A stretch of DNA of 64,000 bases, taken from assembly GCA_951406725.2 (NCBI GenBank), contig OX597825.1:79794001-79858000 (forward strand). Reading direction: 5' to 3'. Shown in pieces: positions 1 through 13,419 of this stretch. The notes under the pieces were generated by a model, which was not told the origin of the DNA, searched no databases, and was given only the letters and a program-made list of their open reading frames with translations. Position numbers and translations under genes: made by a program. Position 1 is the stretch's first letter, and every line of letters begins with the position of its first letter. The stretch is from Octopus vulgaris (Eukaryota).

Positions 1-1525
1 AGGTGAGTTTTCGAGGATGTAGATTACGATTATGTTGATAACATTAATATTTTATTTGGGGAATTTAGATTATTTTCCCCCGTCTCGACTTTGTTATCTT
101 GCGGCTCTCTTTAAAATACATTCTTTTAAATGACATTTTACATTTTCGAGGGGGTAGATTACGTAATGTTGGTGTTTTAAACGTAAATCTGAAAAACAGA
201 AACGTGAAAAAAACGCTAAAATTATGAAAAATTAGTGATATGTTGGGGATGGGATGGAATAAATGATTAAAGACTCGTAAAAAAAATTTCATTTTTCGCA
301 TTTTTTTAAATCAACATAATCGTAAAATACACCCTTGAAAACGAATCGCTGTAAAATTTCCTTAGAAAGAAAGAAAATATACATTTTCCATAAAGTTATG
401 AAAGAACAAAATTGGTGGGGTACTAATGTGTAGACATGCCAACGATTAATAGCATTCAACAGCTTTAGACTGGTTATAATTACATTTTTTTTTAGACAAG
501 ATGAATATAAGGTATTTTTTCGATATTTCTATAAATAAAAGCATACAAAACTTAATTATAGTGGTTGGGTTATTCGAAAGAATCTATCAGGCAGTCTGTT
601 GAAGAGTTAAAGCGTACTTTTAAATAACTAAATGTCCTTGAGAAAAGCATGCACGCCATACCATCTCATTTTCCCGATTCACCTTATTTCTATAAAGGGT
701 TAATTATGATTAGCAAATAATTGGACTGGGGAAAGATTATTATCGACAAGGTAATTAGTTTTACAGAGCCTCGCAGAGTTTTGGAATCGCTCTCCTTCGA
801 AGTCTCATACTTCGTGGAAGGGTAACGGAGTTTTTCCCCTTTCGCTTTATCGTACTTTTTTCTCGTTTGTGTTTCATATCACGAAAATTAAGATATTAAG
901 ATTCTGAAAAAAATTTCTTTCTATTTTCATATATTTGTTCCTCTCTTGGATACCCTTTTCTTTTCTTTAAAACCGGTCGAAACCCTTCTCATAGTGAATA
1001 CTACTACTACTACTCATATATCAAGGTAAAACGATGTTGCCACCACACTACGCCTCCTTCCACTGCAACTAAATTAATGAGTTGCATACCACTTCCATTC
1101 AAGGCCATCCCATATACCCGTTTCTCCTCCACCTCTTATCATCCTTACTTTCTGTCTGTCTGTCTGCTTATCTCCACCCCACCCCCACCCAACGCATATA
1201 CCTTCATAATTTCATAACTATTTCTTCACAGAAATGCATCTCGCTGACATTTCCTTTTCGCCAAAATTTCTTTCCTACTCTATGTTCAAGTAGGTCAAGG
1301 TCGCATTTACAAAAGGTCGAGGGCGTCGCTCCCCACGCCCTGAATAATAATGGTTTCATATTTTAGCACATGGCCAGCAATTCAACCACTGTGTTCAACT
1401 GGTACTTATTTGACCCCAGAACGTAACGAATCCGAAGATATATTGCAAAGCATTTTGCCTAAATACTCTTACCATTCGGCTTTATAATAATAATAATCTT
1501 TCCTTAAAACACAGACAGGTCATAT

Positions 1526-1712
1526 GGCGAGTAGGCAGAATGGTTGGTATCCCGGACAAAATGCTTAGCAGCATTTCGTCCGTCTTTAAGTACTGCCGAC
1601 GTTGACTTAGTTTTTCAATCCTTTACCAGTTGAGAAATGAAGTCGAAGTAATCGACTATCTCCCTCCCCGAGAATTTCCGACCCTGTACCTATAAGAGAA
1701 AAGATTATTATT
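1526..1712 (+). mobile_element. Degenerate tRNA-derived SINE (second family)
   Basis: Head ggcgagtaggcagaatggttgg...aaaatgcttagcagcatttcg is similar to the reverse complement of 23105-23320 and to 13100-13245. Confidence 0.5.
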
Positions 1713-2940
1713 AAGAATGAAAGCGCACAGCCTTCTCAACCAAAGATGAAGAATTACCGAATGAATAAAAATAATTTTTTTTTAAAATTCTTACATTGGC
1801 TGATTTCCCTGTGTATTATTAAAAATTTATTTAGATTATATTCAATTATTTAAAAGAATAAAAAATAAAATACAGGAAAAAAGTAGAAATGGCCGAGAGA
1901 GAGAGAGAGAAGAGGAAATTAAACTAGACAGTTTCTTTAGTAAATATTTACTGGTCATTATATGAAATGGGGTAGATAATTGCAGAGTGTGCCAATTATT
2001 GGGTAGCAATTAATTAAACTGAAGGGATGCAAACACACACACACTAATGGATACGGAAAGCAAGCACGCGCACAGACACCTAAAATACACACATATGGAA
2101 ATATATGCATATGCACACATAAATTAATGTGTGTGTGTGTAGGTTTTCCCGTCATATGCAGATATATCTAAATCAAACGAAATTTAGAACTCAATGCATT
2201 TGCAATAGTTAATTCTTCAATAAGGCGTTAGTGATTATCGTATTTTCTTCATTTCAACTTCATTCTTCCAGGTTAACGAGAGAACTGACCTAACAAAAAT
2301 ACAAAAAAAAATAAAGGAAAACAAGGGGCTTGACCCAGGTCACTCTGATCGAGTAGACTTGTAATCAAAAGCGCTCCAGTCATGACATCCTATCCTTTTG
2401 TTTATTAGGGACTACACTGTTATGTCTAAAGGAGTCCTTTTTCCAGAAGGGCGTAGAGTTTGAAGGAAATTTAGTTGTTATTTCTAGCCGGTTGGGCAGC
2501 CGCATAGAAGCGCCTTCGTTGCTCTTGTAACAATAATGTGATGTGAAATGGTGAACAGCGTTAGGGGTTAGAAATATATTTAAAATTACTGAGATTTTTA
2601 TATAGACTGGTACACGGCCAATGCTATATTTAGGAGATTGTGAGGCGTTCATGCGTCTTCCAATATTTAGCGAAAGCACAAGTTTAAAATAAAATAGCAA
2701 TGATAACGGTAAATCGAGGTCTCTCGGAGGAAATTCTCATGACTCCCGTTTCGATTAAAACTGTTCTTGGGACTTCAAATACGTTACGATATCAAGGTCT
2801 TCTCCGACATACGTTCGAATCCTGCCGAATTCGATACATGGATAATTATATTGATAACAATAAGTGATAGACTCAAGTGAAACCACTTGATTAAATTTTC
2901 TACTTCCTACCTCTCAGAATAAATTAACCTTGGAACTTTG

Positions 2941-2971
<31 letters not shown>

Positions 2972-3327
2972 CATGTATGTATATATGTGTGTGTGCACGT
3001 GTATATATGTGTGTATATGTGTGCGTGTAGATCTCTGGATATGCAGGGGGTTTTTTTGTGATTTTTTGTCATACGTATATGAGAATATGTGTACTTATAT
3101 ACGTACACACACACACATATATGTAAAGGTATTTTGGATGTCTATTCGTATATACACACGAAACGTCTGTTGATGTTTAAATATTATCAGATGAATCAAC
3201 CGATCGATAGAACATTTAGATAAACCAAAGAGAATAAAATAAGCTTGTCTAGATTGCAAACGTTGACGGTTAAGAAATAAATGGTCAGAGATCGTCTAAA
3301 AGAAGAGATAATAAACAGTGGACTGAC

Positions 3328-3436
3328 CAGTGTCGGCATTGAGAGGACCAGCATTCATAAATTCTATGATGCCATCGATACTTTTTTTGTTGCCATTTAA
3401 CTTCCAGTTGCCTCCAACGAAGAATTTTCGACCCAT
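3328..3436 (-). CDS. TPI1: Triosephosphate isomerase, coding exon 1 (rest of gene lies left of the window)
   Basis: Reverse complement from ATG at 3436 reads [36 protein letters not shown]+G, then a GTCAGT donor. FFVGGNWK is the TPI N-terminal catalytic-Lys motif and the phase-1 intron after ADT is the conserved metazoan TPI intron 1. Missed by the ORF track because it is under 60 aa. Confidence 0.96.
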
Positions 3437-4100
3437 GGTGATTGATGTCTGATGTTTCTGTCTCTTTAAAACAGCTTACAATGGGCTGAAAGCAATCAAA
3501 CACTGTCTCTTAGTGTGACTGTTGCTGTGACAAAGAGAGGAGGAAAGAGTAAGAGAGGCAGAGGGATAGAGAGAGAGATACTGTTGCACGAGCAAAGAGA
3601 GGAGGAGGTAGAGGAGAGAATGAGTGAGAGATATTGTTGTGATATAGAAGGGAGGAGAAGTGCTCGAGAGACTGTTACTCTGAGAGAGAGAGAGGAAGGT
3701 AAGAGCGAGACGTAGTGTTTTGATAGAGAGGGAAGGAGAGCGTGTTTGAAGGACAGTGCTACTTTGAGAGAGAGGGAGGTAAGGGTGAGAGCTACTTTTT
3801 AGAGAGGGAAAGAGACTCTGTTACTCAGATAGAGAGGTAAGGGAGAGAGGAAGAATTAAACTGTATGAGTGACTGTTGCTGAAGTAAAAGGAAAGACAGA
3901 AAGAGGGAGAGAGAGAGAGAGTAAGAGACTATTAGTGAGGCAGGAAGGGAGGTGACAAGGTCGTTTGACGCTGAACGTCCTTGACGTTCTCTCAAGGTCA
4001 ATTGTATGTATGATTGCTGGTAATATTCAACTGCAGACAGCAAAGACCTGGCTCACATTTCAATTTAAGTGACGTCAGACAAACACAGAAATTTGCTATT
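3437..4100. promoter_or_regulatory. TPI 5' UTR/upstream region: ~420-bp GA-rich tract and a full CRE palindrome TGACGTCA (4070-4077); candidate divergent promoter
   Basis: Directly upstream of the TPI ATG. Purine-rich tract at ~3530-3950 with recurring gagactgttactc-like units, and a perfect CRE. Function is inferred. Confidence 0.35.
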
Positions 4101-4562
4101 TGGAATTAAGAAACAAATTTTTTAAAATGGAAGAAATTAAAAAAACTGTGTGAATATATATTGAGTATTAAATAAAAATGGCTAGAAATATTTTAAAATA
4201 GATATTTTTTTATGGCAGTGATCTGTCTACTTTTTAACTGGTTTCTCGATTTTTAAAAATCATTTAAAAATCATTCATGAATATTACAATATCCCTTTTT
4301 TTCTTTCACACACACACACACACAAAGGGACATAGCAAAGTACAAAATATCTAAAACTCCACCCACTGACAGACACACTCATGCATTTGTACTTGAGCGT
4401 GTGTGTGTGTGTGTGTGTGTATGTAAATCATCTAAGAGTTCATTAGTTAGATAAAAATGCACTCTTATATCTATCAGTAGAGTAGGTATATGAATTGAAG
4501 TGTACCGTATTATATATCCATTACAGCTAATCTTACCTATTAGTTTTGCCCTATGGGTGCAA

Positions 4563-4688
4563 TGGAGAGTTAGGTAACAGTCTGATTATGTAACCCTGTG
4601 CTCATCAGGGAGTCGCCATATTTCATTCCATAATGGCTACCTCTGATGAGTGCAGGGTTACATAATCAGACTGTTACCTAACTCTCCA
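4563..4688. repeat. Near-perfect hairpin (~56-bp arms, ~13-nt loop)
   Basis: tggagagttaggtaacagtctgattatgtaaccctg...gccat (4563-4619) is the reverse complement of atggc...cagggttacataatcagactgttacctaactctcca (4633-4688), with few mismatches. Confidence 0.9.
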
Positions 4689-4729
4689 GTTATATATCCT
4701 TAAATCCTTAAAAATGTTTTAGCCCGAAG

Positions 4730-5005
4730 GTCGTGGCCATGCTGGGGCACAAAGTGTAAAGATCACCTTCAGTTATGAAAAGCATGGGATTGCACCTAGA
4801 AAGCTACTCTCTGAGGCACAAGTCTGGGTAAGGTTTATAGAAGACCAGCAGTCGCCCATGCATACCAGCCTCCCCTCTCCATGCCACCAATGTTATCCAA
4901 CAGAAAGGCAAAGGTTAATACAGCTTGGCACTAATGACATTGCAGCTCATTTCTACAGCTAAGTGAACTAGAGCAACATGAAATGAAGTGTCTTGCTCAA
5001 GAACA
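4730..5005 (-). mobile_element. SINE fragment
   Basis: Contains gtggccatgctgggg and aagtgtcttgctcaagaaca, motifs shared with the other SINE copies in the window. Confidence 0.45.
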
Positions 5006-5149
5006 GGCTTTCATCAGAGTCTGTCATTGCTGGGTCATGTCAATTGCCATCTTTCTCCTGTAAGTTTTACAATTGGCTTTCTGTTCTGGGTCTAGGACAA
5101 GTGTAGTAGGATATACATATGACAGTTGTATTGCAGAGAATGTGCACTA

Positions 5150-5630
5150 TCTGGTCCTTCAACACCATCAGGCTACACACAGAGACCAAGCTCTATAACA
5201 GCATGGTTTGACCAACAGTTCTCTATGCTAGTGACACATGGAAGAGTGAAAATCAACAGAAAGATAAATGTCTTCCATCAAAGATAATTGAGGATTTTGA
5301 GAATATATTGGCAAGACCACGTAACAAGTGAAAATATTCAAAAGGGAGCCAACACAAGACCACTTGGTGAAAGAGTCACAGAATGGAGATTGAGACTAGC
5401 AGGTCACATACATACATTACCTAAACAACACCATTCAAAAACAGCTTTGAAATGGAACACAACAGAGAGGTAAAAAGAAAGAAAGGTAGAGAGAAAACTA
5501 CATAGCAAAGAACATTGATAACCAGCATAAGAGAGGCTGGTATCATGTCGGCAGATGCAGAAAGAACCACAGCCAACAGAAACTAATGGCACCAACTTAC
5601 TGGCCAATGTATTCAAGCACACAGGATGAA
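5150..5630 (+). mobile_element. Decayed RTE-type LINE, RT C-terminal part
   Basis: Broken frames give LYASDTWK..KINVFHQR..RILRIYWQDHVTSENI..WRLRLAGH, typical of RTE ORF C-termini. Confidence 0.7.
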
Positions 5631-6239
5631 CTGATATTGATACATATAAATATATGTAGATATACATCTGTGTGAGTGTGTGTGTGTAGTTTTTTTTTTT
5701 TTTAATTGAAATATTGTTTTGCAACTCAAATTTGAAGCCATGCTGTTTCAGATTGAAAATCCTCTACAACATAGCTGAAGGCTTCACTCTCATGTGCTTG
5801 ACATTAACCAACATACAAATATTACATGGAAAAATGTGAGCAAGAGGAATAATATTCTTAAGATCATAAACCTGGAAAAGTTCAAGACAAATTATTACAT
5901 CTGGTAATGTACAGAACAAGAAAATTTTTACTGTAGCTCTGTAGCTTTTGAGCAACTAGACTAGGAGAAGACCACTTTGTTCTCAAATCTGCCATCAATT
6001 TAGCACCTGACATGTTTCACACTGTGCACCAGTACAGGTAAATGCTTTTTTGATGGAGAAAGTGTGCATTGTGCTGCACAAGCAATGACAACTATGAAAA
6101 AAACCATGTGGAGGTAGTTCTGTAAAACACTATCAGCAAATAGCACCATCATGTTTTCATGGCAAGAGTGTACCCAACCCAAAAGACAAAAATCCAATGA
6201 TGATGTAGGGGTAGTGATGGGAACAGGGGAAGGGTGTCA

Positions 6240-6815
6240 CTGGAAGTTCTTAGCTTGAACTTTACACATAGGTGGTGAAAGGTAATTGTCTAATTCATGT
6301 CCTCCTTTCACAACAAAACATCCCTGTTTAGGATGGCACTGTTTTTCTCCTATGGAGGAGGGGGTCAAGAAAATGCAACCTTGTCATTAGGTGCAAATGT
6401 CTGGGCACCCAAAACTGCACCAGAAAATTAAGCAAATTGAAAGCAAAAAACTTTTTTATTGCATCTTGGAATGTGAGACCTCTTCAGGACTGCAAGAAAA
6501 ATATAGAACATAGGACAGCTTTGGTTGCCTATATCTTGAAGGAAAAAAACATTAGGGTAGCAGCTCTTTCAGAAACCAGAATTGTGGACTGTGGTCAGCT
6601 ACAGGAAGTCATGGTAGATACACTTTTTCTGGATGGGTAAACCTCAGGAAATAAAGAAAGAGCAGGTGTTGGGTTTGCCATTCAGAATGACCAGGTGAAT
6701 CAACTTGAATCTCTGCCTGTTGGCATTAGTGAAAGACTCATCATTGCGTACCTGCATTGGCAAAAATAAATATGCGACTATTTTCAGCTGCTTTGCTCCA
6801 ACCATGAACTCAAAC
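6240..6815 (+). mobile_element. Decayed RTE/BovB-like LINE 5' end with APE endonuclease
   Basis: ORF 6437-6640 IASWNVRPL..RTALVA..VAALSETR, and downstream GVGFAI in a shifted frame. Confidence 0.8.
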
Positions 6816-6852
6816 GTAAACCTTGATAGGTGAACCGCGATATTGCGAGGAA

Positions 6853-7258
6853 TTATTCTTTTATTCTTTTACTTGTTTCAGTCATTTGACTGCGACCATG
6901 CTGGAGCACTGCCTTTAGTCGAGCAAATCGACCCCAGGACTTCTTCTTTGTAAGCCTAGTTCTTATTCTATCGGTATCTTTTGCCGAACCGCCGAGTTAC
7001 AGGAACGTAAACACACCAGCATCGGTTGTCAAGCGTCGTTGGGGGAACAAACACACACACACACACACACAACTACACATATATATATACATACGACAGG
7101 CTTCTTTCAGTTTCCGTCTACCAAATACACTCACAAGGCTTTAATCGGCCGGAGGGTATAGTAGAAGACACGTGCCCAAGGTACCACGCAGTGGGACTGA
7201 ACTCGGAACCATGTGGTTCGTAAGCAAGCTACTTACCGCACAGCCAATCCTTCGCCTA
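6853..7258 (-). mobile_element. Full-length tRNA-derived SINE (octopus OK/OR-type family) with internal (CA)n/(TA)n
   Basis: On the - strand it begins taggcg...tggctgtgcggtaagtag (A box) ...gagttcagtccc (B box) and ends in an A-rich (AAGTA)n-like tail. Near-identical copies at 27998 and 63085. Confidence 0.85.
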
Positions 7259-8460
7259 TATTTTAACAATTTTGTTTATATTATTCCTAATAATATTTAA
7301 TTATAAAAATATAATATGAGTTTGTAAACATTGGATGGCTATGAAGGTCCATCCAGGTAAAATAGGAATCAAAGGGGTCCGTAGGTAAAAAAGCGATGGT
7401 GAAACGTTGTCCCAGACCATAAGGTTATTTCAACATGGGTGAAGGAGATTACTCTAAAATAATTTTGATGAGTTATTTCCCCTGACCCTTAAGATTAATT
7501 TATGCACTTTTAGCTAGGTATAGTATGGTTTAATGCATGGAGCCCGGCATAACAGTTTGTGTATATTGCAATACCTTTACACTTCAAAGTGTGTGTTTTT
7601 ATATCTATCATAGCTGTTTAGGCCGAGGTGGACCCGTAAAGAGTGGTTTTATGATCTAAAGCATTCAAGCTTTGGCCAGTCCATTTTGTCTGTAACCTTC
7701 GATTTATAAGATAGAAAGTTGTGATGTGAAGATGATTTCAAGTCCACTCGTTTGCAGCAGAAATTCACAACATCATCGACGTCAGGGACAAAATATGTTG
7801 ATAAATTCATCGAAGACAGTGAAAAACTGATCGAAATTTGGAAAGCAGGGGATACTTGAGGTTGAACCAGTAATCACAGTCTCTTTACAGGGGGTGGTTC
7901 GAATTTTTATTCATTTAAAGCAACACTTTGTAACTCTTTTGATCTCACACCCCATTCTGATTAAATAAAAAAAAAAAACAATATCCTCACTGTGAACGGT
8001 CAATATATCATCATCATCATCTTAATATTTAGTTTTCCTGCTTTTTATTTTTTAAACATTGTTGAAAAACTGATGGAGTTGGTTATTAAAGATTTTTTAT
8101 TTATATACATTTTACAAAATCAAACTAGAAAATTGGACAAAAAAGAGAACACAATTGAAAAATAGAGACACAAAGTTCGTCCAAACTGAGTAGGCCACCA
8201 ATATTAGCCACAGGGATGGCACCATTCTAGTCACTTGAGTATTTGACGCTAGCAGACACCTTGAAAACTGGTCCAACTGGATGAAAAAGGAGTCAAAGAT
8301 GGCCTTTGAAATTATGCTGTCCCAAGCTCTCTGACTTCAACAGTCCTCCACCTTCTCAGGAACAGATGAGCCCAGTTCCCTCCAGTGTTGGAGAACTTCA
8401 TCCAACTCCCTGTTGGAACTGGTCCATGTTGGAGAGGAGAAGATGTTGCTTGCCAGGGTG

Positions 8461-9930
8461 GATATATAAGACAGTTCCTAATAATACCCTTAGACAAATT
8501 AACCTAGAGGCTAAAAAAATTATGGAAAATTATAATATAGAGGATAAAACAGAACCATTAATACCTAGTAAACCATGGATTACAATTAAGGACCATAAGG
8601 AGAATTTTCATATTGATACAAGGGTTAGATTAATCTGTCCTAATAAATCTGATTTATGTAAACTTAGCAAGATAATTTTAGATAAATACATACTGATCTT
8701 GAAAAATAAGATCACACTACAATTATGGTCAAATGCCCAGAATACTATTAAATGGTTCTCAAATATAAATAATAAATATAAACATAAATTTCTGCAAATA
8801 GATATTGACAATTATTACTCTAGTATAAACCCTACTATCTTAAATAGCACCTTGATATTTGTCAAGAAATATACATCTATTAGCATGAAAGAAATTAATG
8901 TAATTTTAACAGCACATAAATCAGTTATAAACTTCAATAATAAATCATGGGTGAGAAAGGATAACTGTTTTGATATATCTATGGGAGTGCCAGATTCCAT
9001 GCAAATAACTGACAGAGTAGAAATATATTTATTGGCTAATATACAAGATGAATTCCTATCTTAGGATATAGTTTAACTCATAACTTTGCTACTATTATAA
9101 CTTCTACAAATAATTAAAAAATTAGACTTATTTTACTCAAATAGAAAATGTGCTAATAATAACTCCCCTAATACCAGGGTTAATGTAAAAGATATTAGTA
9201 GTAATACTACTAGTTATTTCATTAATAAACAAAATTTTATTAATAACAATCGGGAATCAGTAATGTATAAAGCCCCTTCCTCAACTAATATAAATGACAG
9301 TTGTTATAAAACATGATTGTAAAAATAAAGATAGCTGTATGGTTAAAAATTTATGTAAAATGAAAAATGTTGTATATCAATGTAAAGTTGCGACAGAAAT
9401 TAATAATAAATATATTTATATTGGATGAACTAAAAATGAAATGAAGAGGCATTTATCAACACATTTATATATGGTATTTTTATATAACCTTAAAGCTTAC
9501 GGCAGTCACCGAGCAATAACTAAGGGAAATAATCTAATAAAGGGGCATATAAACCCTCGACAGAAAAAAGGTTTTCCTCCCACACAGATAGAAAAGTCTT
9601 CTTTTTTCTGTCAAGGGCTTACATGCCCCTTTATTAGACTATATTCCTTAGTCATTGCACTGTGAGTGCCATAAGCTTTAATGGTATCTTTATAGATACC
9701 ATTATTATTACTTACAGGATTGTAAACATGGCGCTGTATAAAAAGCCATTTGCACCAAAAACATTTATATATATTTCAAAATAAGAAAAGACAGAATTTA
9801 ACAGGTCTAAGTAAATTCATTTGGGAGCTTAAAGATAAAAAATTAATTTTAATTTCAAATGGAATATCTTGGTTACTGCACCTAGCAACAATATAAGAAA
9901 TAAGAAGTGTCTTCTTTGTTTGAATGGCCA
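8461..9930 (+). mobile_element. Decayed Penelope-like retroelement: RT followed by Cys-rich linker and C-terminal GIY-YIG endonuclease (Nematis/Neptune-like layout)
   Basis: RT 8461-9064: ITIKDHKENF..RLICPNKS..FLQIDIDNYYSSI..FDISMG. About 9310-9465: DCKNKDSCMVKNLCKMKNVVYQCKV..YIYIG*T..KRH. About 9790-9925: TGLSKFIWELK..FKWNIL..CLLCL. Internal deletion, stops and an insertion are present. Confidence 0.8.
9473..9760. mobile_element. ~290-bp insertion with internal inverted repeat splitting the PLE endonuclease; 12-bp flanking direct repeat
   Basis: acatttatatat occurs at 9461-9472 and 9761-9772. Imperfect ~80-bp arms at ~9490-9570 and ~9601-9680 (taaagctta...ataaaggggcat...gacagaaaaaag). Confidence 0.7.
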
Positions 9931-10139
9931 CATTTCCTTTACTTAACCTGAGGGATGAAAAAACATTTCTTGTCCACATAAAAATAAATATGTATTTACT
10001 AGATATAAATGATTCCTTTAAATTGTTATAATTAATAGGCTGCTATATTGATACCTTGTAATAGATAACTTTATTATTTAAAGTGAGTGTTTCCATTCTA
10101 AAGATGTATGTAAATATAAACTTAATGAAGATATACGTA

Positions 10140-10157
10140 GGTCCCTATATATATATA

Positions 10158-10203
<46 letters not shown>

Positions 10204-10358
10204 TGTATATATATATATATATATGGATGTATGTATATATATATATATATGTGTGTGTGTATATATATATTATATACATATATATATGTAAATGTAAATG
10301 CATATATGTATGTGTGTGTATAAGTGTATATATGTATGTATAAATGTATATGTGCGTG

Positions 10359-10389
<31 letters not shown>

Positions 10390-10829
10390 GATGGCAGAAT
10401 CCCCAAGGACATACTCTACGGAGAGCTTGCTAGGGGTACTAGGTCTGTGGGTAGACCAATCTTACGTTACAAGGATGTTTGCAAAAGGGACATGAAGGCC
10501 TGCAACATCAATATTAGCGGTTGGGAGGCAGTTGCCGGCAACCGTGGAGAATGGCGACGTACCGTAAGAGAGGGAATACAAAGGAGTGACAGAGAGAGAG
10601 AGGAGAAATGGAAAGAAAGGAAGAGACGTAAACAAGAGACTATGGCACTACAACCAGCCAGGAACAGTCTTCGCTACATTTGCGGTACCTGCCAGAGGGA
10701 GTGTTTGTCCAGGATAGGACTACACAGCCACAGCAGGAAATGTATCAGGACATGAAATATAAAAGCTGGACTAGACTACTTCATGCGCAACTCCATTGTC
10801 TCCCAAGACAGAAAGGATGCCAATACAAT

Positions 10830-10885
<56 letters not shown>

Positions 10886-11120
10886 CACACATATGTATAT
10901 GCATATATGTATATGTGTATATCTATGTATACATATTTATTTATTTGTTTATTCATATATGTGAAGAGGTATAGTTCTATATATGTGCATATGTATGTGT
11001 ATATATGGTGGTGTATATATCTGAATATATATGTAAGTATAGGTGTATTTGTATGCGTATATATTTATGTAGATATATAAGTGTAACTATGTGGGTGTAT
11101 TAGCATTTATATATATATAA
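10140..11120. repeat. Compound (TA)n/(TG)n microsatellite region
   Basis: Direct reading; source of the spurious YIYI ORFs. Confidence 0.9.
10385..10835 (+). mobile_element. 5'-truncated RTE/BovB-like LINE 3' end inserted in (TA)n
   Basis: Intact frame [52 protein letters not shown] (C2H2 finger), short 3' UTR and (CAATA)n tail. Confidence 0.9.
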
Positions 11121-11522
11121 ATACAGTGTACATTTAAACACATAAAAGGTATCCATCATAGGATTCCCTTATGCTAAAAGGAACAGCTAAAGACCAAACC
11201 ACTAATCAGGGATAAAATCTCGAAGGGAATGAAAAATAAATTTCTTTATTACCCTGATATTATTAATTATTGATATATATATATATATCATCATCATTGT
11301 TTAATGTCCGTTTTCCATGCTGGCATGAGCTAGACAGTTTGACTGGGGACTGGCAAGCCAGGAGGCCACACCAAGCTCCAATCTGATGTGGCAATTTTTC
11401 TACAGCTGGATGCCCTTCCTAACACCAACCACTCAAAGAGTGTAGTGGGTGCTTTTTATGTGCCACCGGCACATATAAATTTATACACACACAAACACAC
11501 ACACATAGTTGCAGGCATAAGC

Positions 11523-11557
<35 letters not shown>

Positions 11558-12501
11558 TGTATGTATGTATGTATTCATGCATGCATGTGTGTGTGTGTGT
11601 GTGTGTGTAAGTGTATGTATGTTCTGGGTATGAACTTAAACTGAATCCAATAATGGGGCCCAGGGATGTGGAACCACTTATTAGCCACTAAAGTTCTTAG
11701 GTCTACTCTGACCTAGAATAGCAGCACCTGTTAAGATCCCGGCTATGGGTTAATTAGCATGTTATGGAAGAAACTCTAAACAGAAACCCTCACTGCCTTG
11801 TGAGTGTCTTAGGGATTCAGCCTTCACAGCAATCAAGAAGTGGAACCCTTTAGGCAGTCTGATGCCCTCTTTGATACTATTCAAATAATTACAGGGTTCG
11901 TGGAACCTCCTGGGCCTTTAAGGCAAATTTGTTTATGAGAAGGCCACTCCAATGTAAAACTCACAGCTTGCTGGTCACCATAGCAGTCTTAGCCTGCTGA
12001 GCCACTGTGGTCCAAACTCTATGCCCAAGGAGTAGGAGTGGATTGGGAAGGATGACTTACACTCTAAAATTATTAAGTGTAGACAGCTGGAAAGCTTTGC
12101 TGTGTCAAGGATTGGTTTACAGAGCCACTTGAGAGATGATTATGTATCAGGATGTGTGAGTTTAGGTGTGTGTTTTTTTTATTTATAATGGATTTATCTG
12201 TGTATTCATGTATGATTATCTATATATGTGTGTGTGTGTATATGTAATTGTTCTTTATTAAAACACAGTAAAAACAACATCCTAATTTTCCTTTCCTTTT
12301 ATATCCGTTATTTCTTTTGTATTTCACTTAATTGGACAAGCTCATAATTAGTTGGATTAACTTTTGCCTCAGTTTTAACTGACTAAATTTGGAAACATTC
12401 ACAATTACGAACAACTGCCTGGTTGTCTCACTGTCTCTTTTTGCTTGAAAAATCAGTTCATATATATATATATATATATACAGCTCATTTGTAGCACAAA
12501 A

Positions 12502-12555
<54 letters not shown>

Positions 12556-13419
12556 GCATTTGTAAATATATATTTGTGTGTGTGTAAACAAAGTGAGGGA
12601 GAGACATAAAAAGATAGGAAAAAAGGAAACGAGATAAATTCTTGGAGACAAAATGTAAGTTATTAATCAGCCTTTCTTAAATCATTAATTATTTTGAATC
12701 TTTTCCCTCGTTATATCAGAGCTACCAAAAAGTAATGTTGCCTTTTGAGTAATGAGTTCAAATTATCATAATTCCTATCGTAAATATATTTATTCCTTCA
12801 AAATATAATTGCCATCATAAGGAATAGCATTTTTACCATTTCTAAACCAGTTTTTCTGATTTCTCAGGCAAAAATTTAGGTTCTTCAGAAAAGAAAATGT
12901 TTATGGTGTTTCAAAACTGTCTCTGCTTTTGAATGGTTTTACACTGGTAATATGTCCAAGTGATCTAAATAAGTAAACATCAGATGGCACTAGGTCTGGT
13001 GATTAGAGAGGGTGAGACAGAGCTTCCTCGCCCAATGAGTTTATCCATTTAAAAAAAAATTTTAGCTTATCTTCACTGAATGCGACTATGCATTATGTTG
13101 TAGAATTCAAATTCCGCCAAGCTTGACTTTACTTTTTATCTTTTAGGGGTTGATAGAACAAGTACCAGTCAAGTAGTAGGGTCGATGTAATTGACTAGTC
13201 ATTCCCCTCAAAAACAACTGGCCCTGTGCCAAAATTTGAAATTATTTATCATGTTGCAGGATGAGTTCCTCTCCCTTGACAGGATCTGATTGTTGTTTTG
13301 AGCAAAAGTTGATAGACACATTCAAGTTGTTGGCAAAATAGAATTCTGTGGTGATACTTTTCCCTTTTTCCAATAATTCAAAGTGAGCAATGTCTATTGT
13401 ATTCCACTAAATGCCCTGC

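Noticed and set aside
1-10. AG|GTGAGT strong + strand donor at the window edge
   Set aside because: No upstream exon is visible and it lies antisense within TPI intron 1, so it cannot be supported.
3285-3503. 72-aa - strand ORF in the track
   Set aside because: Wrong frame; it overlaps the real TPI exon 1.
9426-9428. TGA after the YIG motif as selenocysteine
   Set aside because: Selenoprotein-coding PLEs are known for the Naiad clade, which has an N-terminal endonuclease. This copy has a C-terminal endonuclease and many other lesions, and I see no SECIS, so decay is the simpler explanation.
10083-11080. [12 protein letters not shown] ORFs here and throughout the window
   Set aside because: Translations of (TA)n, (TG)n and (CA)n microsatellites.
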